From an uncultured Ectothiorhodospiraceae bacterium (GTDB lineage: Bacteria; Pseudomonadota; Gammaproteobacteria; XJ16; Halofilaceae), in contig CAYUKN010000002.1 of the NCBI GenBank assembly GCA_964445325.1, positions 10,794-74,793 on the forward strand: a DNA stretch of 64,000 nt. The letters run 5' to 3'. Below the pieces are notes generated by a model. The model did not search any database. It was given only the letters and a program-made list of their open reading frames with translations, and was not told the origin of the DNA. The stretch's first letter is position 1, and every line of letters starts with the position of its first letter. This document shows positions 19,531-27,705 of the stretch, one piece after another. The translations under genes were made by a program, and so were the position numbers.

Positions 19531-21156
19531 ATGACGCGGGCACAACAAGCCAACCTCCAGCGTGGCGCGGCGTGGGTGCTCGCGCCGTTGGTCGCGTTCG
19601 CCCTGATGGCCGGCATCGGCATCTGGGCCCAGCAGTTCCGCGCCCCCGAGCCGCCGGTGCCGCTGATATGGCCGGCCGCCGGTGTCGCCCTGGCCTTGAC
19701 CTACCGCTGGGGCTCGCCGACCGCGGCGGGCATCGCCCTCGGGGCCGCCTGGGCCCACGCGGAGCTGGGCAACCCGTGGCCCGTCGCCGTCATGATGGGG
19801 TTGCTCACGGGCGTGGCCGGCATCGTCAGCGCCCGCGTCCTACGGCGCTTGCACTTCGACGCCCAGCTCGCCCGGGTACGCGATGCGTTGACTCTGCTCG
19901 GCGTGGGCCTGGGCCTGACCGCCGTGCTCAGTGCGGCCGGCGGCACGCTCGTGATCACGGGCCTGTCGCCGGCATTCCCGCACACGTTCGGTCTTTGCTG
20001 GATCGCCGACGCCATGGGGATGGTGCTCTTGGCGCCGCCTTTGATCTCGGTGCGCATGCCGCAGACGCCCGCGCCCCGGGACGCCGAGGCGGCCCTGTGG
20101 ATCGGCCTGGGTGCCGTATGCGTCTACGGCGTTTATGCGGGCGCGCTCAGTCCACCCGCGGCGCTCGCCGCCTCGTATGCAGTTTTCCCGCTCATCCTGG
20201 CCGTGGCGTTGCGCTTCGGCGCTGCCGTCACGTGCACGGCCGTGGCCGCGATCGCGGTTGTCGCACTGGTCTGCACGGGCCTGGGCACGGGACCGTTCGC
20301 CCAGGTGAGCCTGCTCGCGGACATGCTCTCGCTGCACGCGCATCTGGCCATGCTCGGGGTCACGGGACTGGTGCTTGCGAGCGCCCGCAGCGAGCGCGAT
20401 GCCGCCGACGAGCGCGCACGCGAGAACTTGAGCGCACTGGCGCGGGCGGGGCGCCTCGATGCCATGAGCTCGATGGCCGCCGGGATCGCCCACGAGATCA
20501 ACCAGCCGCTGTCCGCGGTCAACAGCTACGCCCACGCGGCGCAGCGCATGCTGCGCGACGGTCGCTCGCCGGAAGAGGTCGCCGGCGCGCTGGAGCGGGT
20601 GGTGACCGGCAACGAGCGGGCCGCGGCCATCGTCCGGCGCGTGCGCACGTTCCTGCGCAGTGGCGACGAGGAGCGCCAGCAGGTCGATCTCAACGAGCTC
20701 GTATGCGAGGCGGTCGACCTCGCCGCGCCGGAATTCCGACGCGAGCGCGTCCAGCTCGTCACCGACCGCACATCGCAGCCGTTGCTGGTACGAGTCGACG
20801 CCGTCGCGATTCGCCAGGTCGTGGTCAACCTGCTCCAGAATGCGCTCGAGGCGATCGGCGACGCCGCCGCACACGGCCCCGGCGAAGTGTGCGTAAAGAC
20901 CCGGGCGCTCAGCGAGGACATGTGGGCCGAGGTGGCGGTCGAGGACAACGGGCCTGGCCTGCCCGATAGCGATCACCAGGAGTTGTTCGAGCCGCTGGTC
21001 ACCCAACGGGCCAACGGCACCGGCCTGGGTCTCTCGATCGTGCGATCACTCGTGGAATCCCACGAGGGCACCGCCGAGGCGCGCAATGGCGACACCGGCG
21101 GGGCCGTATTCACGGTCCGCTTGCCCTTGGACGCAGTCAAACGGAAGGCAGCATGA
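19531..21156 (+). CDS. MASE1-domain sensor histidine kinase
   Basis: IWPAAGVALA and WIADAMG (MASE1); AHEINQPL H-box, NLLQNA, DNGPG, GTGLGLSI. Confidence 0.92.
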   Translation: MTRAQQANLQRGAAWVLAPLVAFALMAGIGIWAQQFRAPEPPVPLIWPAAGVALALTYRWGSPTAAGIALGAAWAHAELGNPWPVAVMMGLLTGVAGIVSARVLRRLHFDAQLARVRDALTLLGVGLGLTAVLSAAGGTLVITGLSPAFPHTFGLCWIADAMGMVLLAPPLISVRMPQTPAPRDAEAALWIGLGAVCVYGVYAGALSPPAALAASYAVFPLILAVALRFGAAVTCTAVAAIAVVALVCTGLGTGPFAQVSLLADMLSLHAHLAMLGVTGLVLASARSERDAADERARENLSALARAGRLDAMSSMAAGIAHEINQPLSAVNSYAHAAQRMLRDGRSPEEVAGALERVVTGNERAAAIVRRVRTFLRSGDEERQQVDLNELVCEAVDLAAPEFRRERVQLVTDRTSQPLLVRVDAVAIRQVVVNLLQNALEAIGDAAAHGPGEVCVKTRALSEDMWAEVAVEDNGPGLPDSDHQELFEPLVTQRANGTGLGLSIVRSLVESHEGTAEARNGDTGGAVFTVRLPLDAVKRKAA

Positions 21157-21779
21157 GCGACAAGCGAGTCTTCATCGTCGACGACGACCCCGACGTGCGC
21201 GATGCCACCACGCTATTGATCGAGACAGCGGGCTATACGACGGCGAGCTACGCCTCGGCCGACGAATTGCTGGAGACGGTCTCTGCCGACGACGGCGGCT
21301 GCCTTGTCCTCGACGTGCGTTTGCCCGGCATGAACGGGCTGGATCTACAGCGCGCGCTCGCCGAGCGCGGCATCCGCATGCCCATCATCTTCATCACGGG
21401 CCACGGCGATGTGCCGATGGCGGTGCAGGCGCTCAACGAGGGGGCATTCGACTTCCTCGAGAAACCGCTCGACGACGAGGCCCTGCTCGATCGCGTCCAA
21501 AAGGCGATCGCTGAGGATGAGCAGCGGCGCTCGCGCGAGGCCACCCAGGCCGACGTCGAGGAGCGCCTGGATCGGCTCACACCGCGCGAGCGGCAAGTCA
21601 TGGAGGGCATCCTCGAGGGTAAGCTCAACAAGGTCATCGGCTACGAGCTCGACATGAGCACACGCACGGTGGAAGTACACCGAGCGCGTGTCCTCGACAA
21701 GCTCGGCGTACGCAACGCCTCGGAGATGGTGCGCTATGTGCTCACGAGCCCCCAGTACAGCGACTGGCTACCCCATTAG
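21153..21779 (+). CDS. FixJ/LuxR-family response regulator
   Basis: VFIVDDD, LDVRLPGMNG, ITGHGDV, FLEKP, LTPRE...NKVI...TVEVHR HTH; ATGA overlap with the kinase. Confidence 0.93.
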   Translation: MSDKRVFIVDDDPDVRDATTLLIETAGYTTASYASADELLETVSADDGGCLVLDVRLPGMNGLDLQRALAERGIRMPIIFITGHGDVPMAVQALNEGAFDFLEKPLDDEALLDRVQKAIAEDEQRRSREATQADVEERLDRLTPRERQVMEGILEGKLNKVIGYELDMSTRTVEVHRARVLDKLGVRNASEMVRYVLTSPQYSDWLPH

Positions 21780-21904
21780 CAAGCCGGCCATGCACTCACC
21801 GACCTCGCGGTCACGCCGGTTTCACGCATAGCCGCAATCCCCTACGGCGCACTTATCCGGACAGCCTCCTGGTCTGACAGAAGGCGGAGGCCAGCCGAAT
21901 CGGG

Positions 21905-23068
21905 CTAGGCGTCGGCGGCCCTTGCACCACGCTGCTGGGCTGGGATCCAGAGCTCGAAACGCGACCCCGCTGCGTTCGACTCGGCCAGCTCGAGCCGTCC
22001 ACCGTGGGCGGCGACGAGTTCGGACGCGATCGACAGGCCCAACCCCGTACCGCTGCGCCAGGGCGTACGCTCCTGCTCCCCCAGCAGCGTCCCGAGGCCA
22101 GTCGGCATCCCCGGCCCCTCGTCGGCGACCCAGATGCGTACCCCATCGCCGTCGGGCTTGGCGCCGACACGGACACTCCCTTCGGTTCGCGCCGCCGCCA
22201 TTGCCTGGACGGCATTGCGGCACAGATTGAGCAGCACGCGGAATAGTTGGTTGATGTCGGCGTTGAGCTCGAGGCCCGCCGGGATCTCGTTGTGCCAGGC
22301 GTAGGGGGTATTGCTGCCGATACCGGCGATCGCGGCAACGTCGTCGGCCAATGTCGCCAGATCGATCGCGCTGGGCTCCGGCGTGGGCTCCTTGACCCGA
22401 CCCTGCGCCAGGGTACCGTCACAAAGCCGAATCGCCCGATCCACCGTGCCGTGCAGCCGCGGCAGCACCCGATGCACCGTCGGATCGTCCGAGCGCGATA
22501 GCGTGCGCGAGAACAGGTGCAGCGAGTGCAAGACGTTGCGCAAGTCGTGCGCCACCTTGCTGACGGCCATCCCGAGCAGCGCTAGCTGGTGTTCGCGCAA
22601 ATCGCGCGCCACGGTGACCAGGCACTCGCGCCCGTCGAGCGTCATGCGCGTCGCCGTAATCTCGGCGGGGAGGAAGTCGCCACCGCGGCGCCGGCAAGAG
22701 AGCTCCCGGGTCTGCCACGTCCCGTGTCGCCGCACCTTGGCGAAGAAGGCCTCGAGATACGCCTGCTCGAACGGATGCATATCCGTAGGCGAGAGCGTGC
22801 GCAGCTCCTCGCGGTCATAGCCGAGCAACTCGCCAGCGGCTCGATTGGCCTCGACGATGCGATTGGCCGCCGGATCGACCACGAACAGCGGATCGTAGAC
22901 GGCATCGAAGATCGCTCGGAAGCGCTCGGCGTCGCCACCCTCGTCGCGCTCGCCCCCCCGCTCGCCGGCCCAGGCCGCCGCCTCGGCGGCCAGGGTGTCG
23001 GCAAGCCCGGCCTCTCCCGCCGGCAGGTGACGGGCCAAGCGATCGGCCAGCTCGCGGTGCTGCGTCAT
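21905..23068 (-). CDS. PAS-domain cytoplasmic histidine kinase (orphan)
   Basis: PAS (FDAVYDPLFVVD, EANRAA, RRRGGDFLPAEIT); VAHDLRN, LNLCRNA, DEGPG, GTGLGL. Confidence 0.88.
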   Translation of the reverse strand: MTQHRELADRLARHLPAGEAGLADTLAAEAAAWAGERGGERDEGGDAERFRAIFDAVYDPLFVVDPAANRIVEANRAAGELLGYDREELRTLSPTDMHPFEQAYLEAFFAKVRRHGTWQTRELSCRRRGGDFLPAEITATRMTLDGRECLVTVARDLREHQLALLGMAVSKVAHDLRNVLHSLHLFSRTLSRSDDPTVHRVLPRLHGTVDRAIRLCDGTLAQGRVKEPTPEPSAIDLATLADDVAAIAGIGSNTPYAWHNEIPAGLELNADINQLFRVLLNLCRNAVQAMAAARTEGSVRVGAKPDGDGVRIWVADEGPGMPTGLGTLLGEQERTPWRSGTGLGLSIASELVAAHGGRLELAESNAAGSRFELWIPAQQRGARAADA

Positions 23069-23189
23069 GGCGCCCCCTCCACTTCGGTAGCGGCACGGCG
23101 ACCGTTGATGGGCCCCAAGGCCGTGCGCGCGACCGGCCCAGTCATGTCGACGATAGCGCTTCGCCCGAGTGTGCTTGAAGGCTGTCGCC

Positions 23190-23216
23190 GAACTCTAGGA
23201 CGCATCGACTGTCGAT
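23190..23216 (+). promoter_or_regulatory. Candidate sigmaE-type promoter GAACTC-N16-TCGAT
   Basis: Resembles the RpoE consensus GAACTT-N16-TC(T/A)(G/A)A; lies ~70 bp upstream of the exported protein gene. Confidence 0.35.
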
Positions 23217-23285
23217 GGGGCAGGCGCCGCGGCTCGCGTGGCGAGGGCGCCAGGTGGAAAACGACCCGAATGGGGAGATCGAACC

Positions 23286-24284
23286 ATGAATCAACTGAAC
23301 AGGAATGCCAATCGTGGCAGCGCATTCGGCCTCTCGCTGCTCGCCAGCCTCGCCGTGGCGTCGCCCACGGTCGCGACCGCAGCGGGCAGCGTCGAGGGCA
23401 AGGGCGAGGATCCCTTCCGCACCGTGGAGGTGAGCCAGGACGAGGGCAATGTCGTCTACTGGGTGCTGCCGGGTCCGCGCGAGCTCGAAGCGGAGACCTT
23501 CGGCACGCCCGACAATCCCAAGATGCTGTTCCAGCCCAAGCTCGAGGCGGCCAAGCAGACCAAGGGCCCGCCGGCGACGCCCGATACACTCGAGAAGAAC
23601 CCGTTCCTCGTGGGCGTGCCCGAGAAGGCGCGCAGCGTCACCGAGGACGGGCGCTACATGCTCAACAAGCCCAACCCGTTCTCCAACAAGGCGCGCATCA
23701 TCTCGGGTGAGTTCGAGAGCTCGATGCGCGACGTCGTGCGCGCCGACCAAAAGGGCAAGCCGGGCCAGACACCCGACCAGGCCGACTTCGAGGCCGAGTT
23801 CACCGACCCCCAAGGCAACGAGTACCGGGTCGTGCTCGACCACGTCGTCCAGCCACCGTTCCCGGGCTATGAGACCCAGGGCGGGGTCTTTACCGAGGGC
23901 TTCCTCCACGGCGACACGGGTACGGGCACGCCGCTGATGCCGAAGCAATACACCTTCGCCGCCTGGTGGGGCCTGGGTGAGCTCTACATCAACGGCGAGC
24001 AGGTGGACAAAGGCCGGGTGATGCACCTGATGACCACGGAGGTGGTCCGGGACAAGGACTATAACCTGGCCTTCAGCGACGATCTGCCGCTGGGACCGGA
24101 CCAGCGCCACATCAGCGACCAAGAGCATCACACGCACCTGATGATGCCGCCGGTGCGGGGCGTGCCCGGGAAGGGCCCGGTATTCGACCCCGTGCCGACG
24201 CAGTTCGAGTTGCCCAACGGCAAGAACCAGCCGTTCATGCACATCATGTTCGAGCAGGACCAGCTCACCAGCAACGAGCAGTAA
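23286..24284 (+). CDS. Uncharacterised exported His/Met-rich protein
   Basis: GGAG RBS, signal peptide ending ATA-A, strong GC3 bias; motifs FLHGDTG, VMHLMT, EHHTHLMM, FMHIMF; family not recognised. Confidence 0.8.
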   Translation: MNQLNRNANRGSAFGLSLLASLAVASPTVATAAGSVEGKGEDPFRTVEVSQDEGNVVYWVLPGPRELEAETFGTPDNPKMLFQPKLEAAKQTKGPPATPDTLEKNPFLVGVPEKARSVTEDGRYMLNKPNPFSNKARIISGEFESSMRDVVRADQKGKPGQTPDQADFEAEFTDPQGNEYRVVLDHVVQPPFPGYETQGGVFTEGFLHGDTGTGTPLMPKQYTFAAWWGLGELYINGEQVDKGRVMHLMTTEVVRDKDYNLAFSDDLPLGPDQRHISDQEHHTHLMMPPVRGVPGKGPVFDPVPTQFELPNGKNQPFMHIMFEQDQLTSNEQ

Positions 24285-24308
24285 CGGCTTCGAGCCGGCT
24301 AGCAGCCG

Positions 24309-24335
24309 ACGGCCGCGGGCCTCGCCCGCGGCCGT
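24309..24335 (+). terminator. Perfect 12-bp hairpin between the exported protein and cupredoxin genes
   Basis: ACGGCCGCGGGC-CTC-GCCCGCGGCCGT followed by TTGTT. Confidence 0.6.
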
Positions 24336-24380
24336 TTGTTGAGCGGCGCCGCAACGACTGCAACAAGGGGGAATGACGCG

Positions 24381-24740
24381 ATGAAACCGTCGACAACAGG
24401 CCGCCTGGCCTTACTGGTATTGGGTGTCGCGGCCGCGGCGATGGCGGGCCCTGCTGCGGCCGAGGACGTGCGCACGGTGCAGATCGAGGCGAGCGAGTTC
24501 GCCTTCGAGCCGGCGACGATCGAGGCCGAGGCGGGCGAGCGCCTGCGCATCGAGCTCGTCAATCAGGGCAGCCTCAGCCACAACCTGCACCTCGAGGGCG
24601 ACGCCCGGACCGACACGATCCAGAGCGACAAGACCGCCGCGGTGACGTTCACCGTACCCGAGTCCGGGTCGGTCGAATTCTTCTGCAATGTCCCCGGCCA
24701 CAAGCAGGCCGGCATGACCGGGCGCGTCGTGGTCCAGTGA
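24381..24740 (+). CDS. Exported cupredoxin (type-1 copper, plastocyanin/azurin-like)
   Basis: Signal peptide; HNLH and FFCNVPGHKQAGM give the His/Cys/His/Met ligand set; start ATG 24381. Confidence 0.9.
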   Translation: MKPSTTGRLALLVLGVAAAAMAGPAAAEDVRTVQIEASEFAFEPATIEAEAGERLRIELVNQGSLSHNLHLEGDARTDTIQSDKTAAVTFTVPESGSVEFFCNVPGHKQAGMTGRVVVQ

Positions 24741-24840
24741 CATGCAGCACCCGGCCGAGACGGCCGGGTGCGCTCATCGAGCCGGCCGACGCGCCACGAC
24801 GCCGGCTCGCCCGGACGCGGGCCACGGGCGATCGCGGGGC

Positions 24841-25134
24841 TCAGCCGCCGTCCTCGGCGTCGCCATTACCCCCATCGCCCGAATCCTTGTCCTCCATACC
24901 CTCCATGTCGACGAACTTCCAGTCGGCCTTGGTCAGCTCGCCGTCGTTGTCGATGTCCTCGCGCTTGGCCTCGGCCTCGGGCACACCGGCATCGGTGGCC
25001 TCCTCGACGGTGATGGTGCCGTCGCCGTTGGCATCGGCCTGCTCGAACGGCGGGCGCTCCTGCGCCGCCGTCGCCACCAACGGTAGCGCAATGGTGAGCG
25101 CCCCGATGAGTCGCGTTATTAGCGTGCTTTGCAT
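24841..25134 (-). CDS. Small secreted acidic EF-hand protein
   Basis: Signal peptide; DANGDGTITVEE and DIDNDGELTKAD EF-hand loops; start ATG 25134. Confidence 0.8.
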   Translation of the reverse strand: MQSTLITRLIGALTIALPLVATAAQERPPFEQADANGDGTITVEEATDAGVPEAEAKREDIDNDGELTKADWKFVDMEGMEDKDSGDGGNGDAEDGG

Positions 25135-25330
25135 GGTCGTCCTCCTCTCAATCGAGCTCGCAGCTGACGATTCCGCGTTGTTGGGGCCGCTGCGCGGTCG
25201 GCAGGGTGGAGCGTAACCGAGCGCCCACCGACGACCAAGTGAACAGGTTGTAAACGCGTGCGTTCGGGCACCCGCCGCAACGCGACGCCCGGCGCGTAAT
25301 CGGGGCCGGGCGCCGGGCGCCACCGCCGCC

Positions 25331-26116
25331 TCAGTCCGCCAAGCGCCGCCGCAGAACGCGGGTCGCGATGACCAGCGCGGCCGCCCCATAAACGGCCACG
25401 ACCAAGACATGAACGAGCACCAGATCGGGGCTGGTGCCCGTCATCAATGGGCGCACCAGGGCGACTGCGTGGGCCAGCGGCAATAGCTGGGCCAGTGCCT
25501 GGACAACGTCGGGCAGCGTTGCCAAGGGGAAGAACACCCCCGAGACCAACAGCATCGGTGTCAGCGCCAGGGTGAAGTAGTAGAGGAAGAAGTCGTAGGA
25601 CGGCGAAACGGCCGTGATGACGAGGGCCATGGCAGCGAAGCAGAAACCGATGAGCGCGATCAGTGGCAACACCCATATGACCGCGGGGCCGGCGACCAGG
25701 CCGGCCAGGGTCGCCACGATCACCATCGCCACACCGCTGAAGGCGCCCTTGGTCGCTGCCCAAACCACCTCGCCCAGGACGATGTCGTCGACATTGAGCG
25801 GCGCATTGAGCATCGCCGACCAGGTCTGCTGCTGGACCATGCGCGTGAACGCGGAGTACAGCGCCTCGAAGCTGGCGCTGAACATGGTCGACGAGCACAC
25901 GATACCTGCGGCCAGGAACGCCATGTAGGGCATGCGCTCGACCTCGCCGACCAGGCGGCCGAAGCCGTAGCCGAACAGCAGCAGATACAGCAGCGGCTCG
26001 CCGAAATTGCCGAACACGGACGGGACCAGCAGCTTGCGCCAGACGCGCAGATTGCGGCGCCAGACCGCGACGAAGCGCAGGCTCAACTGGGGCCAAGGAC
26101 TGGTGGGATGGGCCAT
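25331..26116 (-). CDS. ABC-2 permease, NodJ-like
   Basis: VWRRNLRVWRK, GNFGEPLLYL, SGVFFPL, LPLAHAV. Confidence 0.9.
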   Translation of the reverse strand: MAHPTSPWPQLSLRFVAVWRRNLRVWRKLLVPSVFGNFGEPLLYLLLFGYGFGRLVGEVERMPYMAFLAAGIVCSSTMFSASFEALYSAFTRMVQQQTWSAMLNAPLNVDDIVLGEVVWAATKGAFSGVAMVIVATLAGLVAGPAVIWVLPLIALIGFCFAAMALVITAVSPSYDFFLYYFTLALTPMLLVSGVFFPLATLPDVVQALAQLLPLAHAVALVRPLMTGTSPDLVLVHVLVVAVYGAAALVIATRVLRRRLAD

Positions 26117-26134
26117 GGACGCTCCCCTTCGGGC

Positions 26135-27043
26135 TCAGTCGCGCAGCTCGTGGCCGGTCAGGCGCAGGAACACATCCTCCAGGTTGCCGCGGCGGATGTG
26201 GTAGTCGAGCCCCTGGGTTTCCTGAAGCGCGGCGAGCAATGGATCGTCGTCGTGGGCGTAGAGCAACAGCGTGTCGCCGACCTGCTCACAGCGGTCGACC
26301 AGCGCCGCGCCCACGTTGCGCCCCCAGTCGACGGCCTGCTCGCCGCGCAGCTCCAGTACATGCGGCTCGATCCAGGCGGCCACGAGATCACGGGGACGCC
26401 CGAGCGCGACGATGCGCCCGTGGTCGACGATGGCCAAGCGATCGCACAAGCGTTCGGCCTCTTCCATGTAGTGCGTCGTCAGGATCAACGTGACCCCGTC
26501 ATCGCGCAGCTGACGCAGGCGCTGCCAGATATGCTGGCGGGCCTGCGGGTCCAGGCCGGTCGTGGGCTCGTCGAGGAGGATGAGGTCGGGCCGATTGACC
26601 AGTGCCCGCGCCAATGTGAGGCGCCGCCGCATGCCCCCCGAGAGGGCCGTCACAGGGGCCTGCTCGCGGCCCTCGAGGGCGGCGAAGCGCAGCAAACGGT
26701 CGATCCGCTCGCCCATGCCTGCCTCGAGGCCGAAATAGCTGGCCCATGTGGCCAAGTTCTCGCGCACCGTGAAGTCGGGATCGAGGGCATCGGTCTGCGG
26801 GACCACTCCCACCCGCGCGCGCAACGCGCGCGCCTCGTCGGGCACGGCGTGGCCCAGTACGCGCAGCATGCCGTCGCTGGGCCGGGTCAAACCCAGGAGC
26901 ATCCGTAGCGTGGTCGTCTTGCCCGCGCCATTGGGGCCCAACAGGCCAAAACACTCGCCACCGGTGACGCTGAGATCGACGCCGTCGACCACGGTCAGCT
27001 CCCCGTAGCGCTTGCGCAGACCTTCCGCTCGGATTACGGCCAT
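26135..27043 (-). CDS. ABC ATP-binding protein, NodI-like
   Basis: GPNGAGKTT, LSGGMRRR, LLDEPTTGLDP, LTTHYMEEAE; start ATG 27043. Confidence 0.9.
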   Translation of the reverse strand: MAVIRAEGLRKRYGELTVVDGVDLSVTGGECFGLLGPNGAGKTTTLRMLLGLTRPSDGMLRVLGHAVPDEARALRARVGVVPQTDALDPDFTVRENLATWASYFGLEAGMGERIDRLLRFAALEGREQAPVTALSGGMRRRLTLARALVNRPDLILLDEPTTGLDPQARQHIWQRLRQLRDDGVTLILTTHYMEEAERLCDRLAIVDHGRIVALGRPRDLVAAWIEPHVLELRGEQAVDWGRNVGAALVDRCEQVGDTLLLYAHDDDPLLAALQETQGLDYHIRRGNLEDVFLRLTGHELRD

Positions 27044-27132
27044 GGTCGCTGCCTCTGCGTGGGAACCGGTCGCGCACCCTGGCGGCACGCGCGACAATCG
27101 CGGGGTTCGCGTGGATCCGCCAGGCCGATGCA

Positions 27133-27705
27133 TTGTCGCAACCAACCGACAACACGCTGACCCGGCAGGCCCACGAATGGATCAAGCCCGCCCTGGGGCC
27201 AGGGCGGCGGGCACTCGACGCCACCGCGGGCAACGGTCACGACACGCTGTTCCTGGCCGAGGCCGTTGCCCCGGGCGGCCGGGTCGACGCCTTCGACATC
27301 CAGGGGCTCGCGCTCCGCCGCGCCCGACGCCGCGTGGGCGCGCTCGTGCACCGCGTGCGGCTATGCTGGCACCGCGCCGACCACGCCCGCATTCCGCGCC
27401 ATCTCGGGGCCGCCGCGATCGATGCCGCCATGTTCAATCTGGGCTGGCACCCGGGCGGCGACCGGCGGCTGGTCACCCGTCCGGCCACCACCCTGGCCGC
27501 GCTGAGCGCCACCGCCGAACGCCTGCGCTCCGGCGGACGCCTCTCGGTTGTCGCCTATCGCGGCCACCCGGGCGGCGCGGCCGAGGCCGAGGCCGTCGCC
27601 GACTGGCTCGAGCGCCTCGATGGTGCGTTTCGTGTCGAGCCGGCGCAGCCGGCGAGCGCGCGCGACCACGCCCCCGTGCTCTACCGCGTCTGGGTGGTCC
27701 GTTGA
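27133..27705 (+). CDS. Class I SAM methyltransferase, YtqB/MnmM family
   Basis: DATAGNGHDT, FDIQ, FNLGWHPGGD, YRGHPGGAAE. Confidence 0.8.
   Translation: MSQPTDNTLTRQAHEWIKPALGPGRRALDATAGNGHDTLFLAEAVAPGGRVDAFDIQGLALRRARRRVGALVHRVRLCWHRADHARIPRHLGAAAIDAAMFNLGWHPGGDRRLVTRPATTLAALSATAERLRSGGRLSVVAYRGHPGGAAEAEAVADWLERLDGAFRVEPAQPASARDHAPVLYRVWVVR

Noticed and set aside
19840-21006. 388-aa minus-strand ORF
   Set aside because: Shadow of the MASE1 histidine kinase.
23142-24242. 366-aa minus-strand ORF
   Set aside because: Antisense to the exported protein, which has the RBS, signal peptide and better codon bias.
11620-25330. attL/attR pair defining an integrative element at tRNA-Val
   Set aside because: No duplicate of the tRNA 3' end and no integrase found by eye in this window.
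25331-27043. Nodulation (Nod factor export) function from NodIJ similarity
   Set aside because: NodIJ-like ABC-2 pairs are common in non-symbiotic proteobacteria; no nodABC here.
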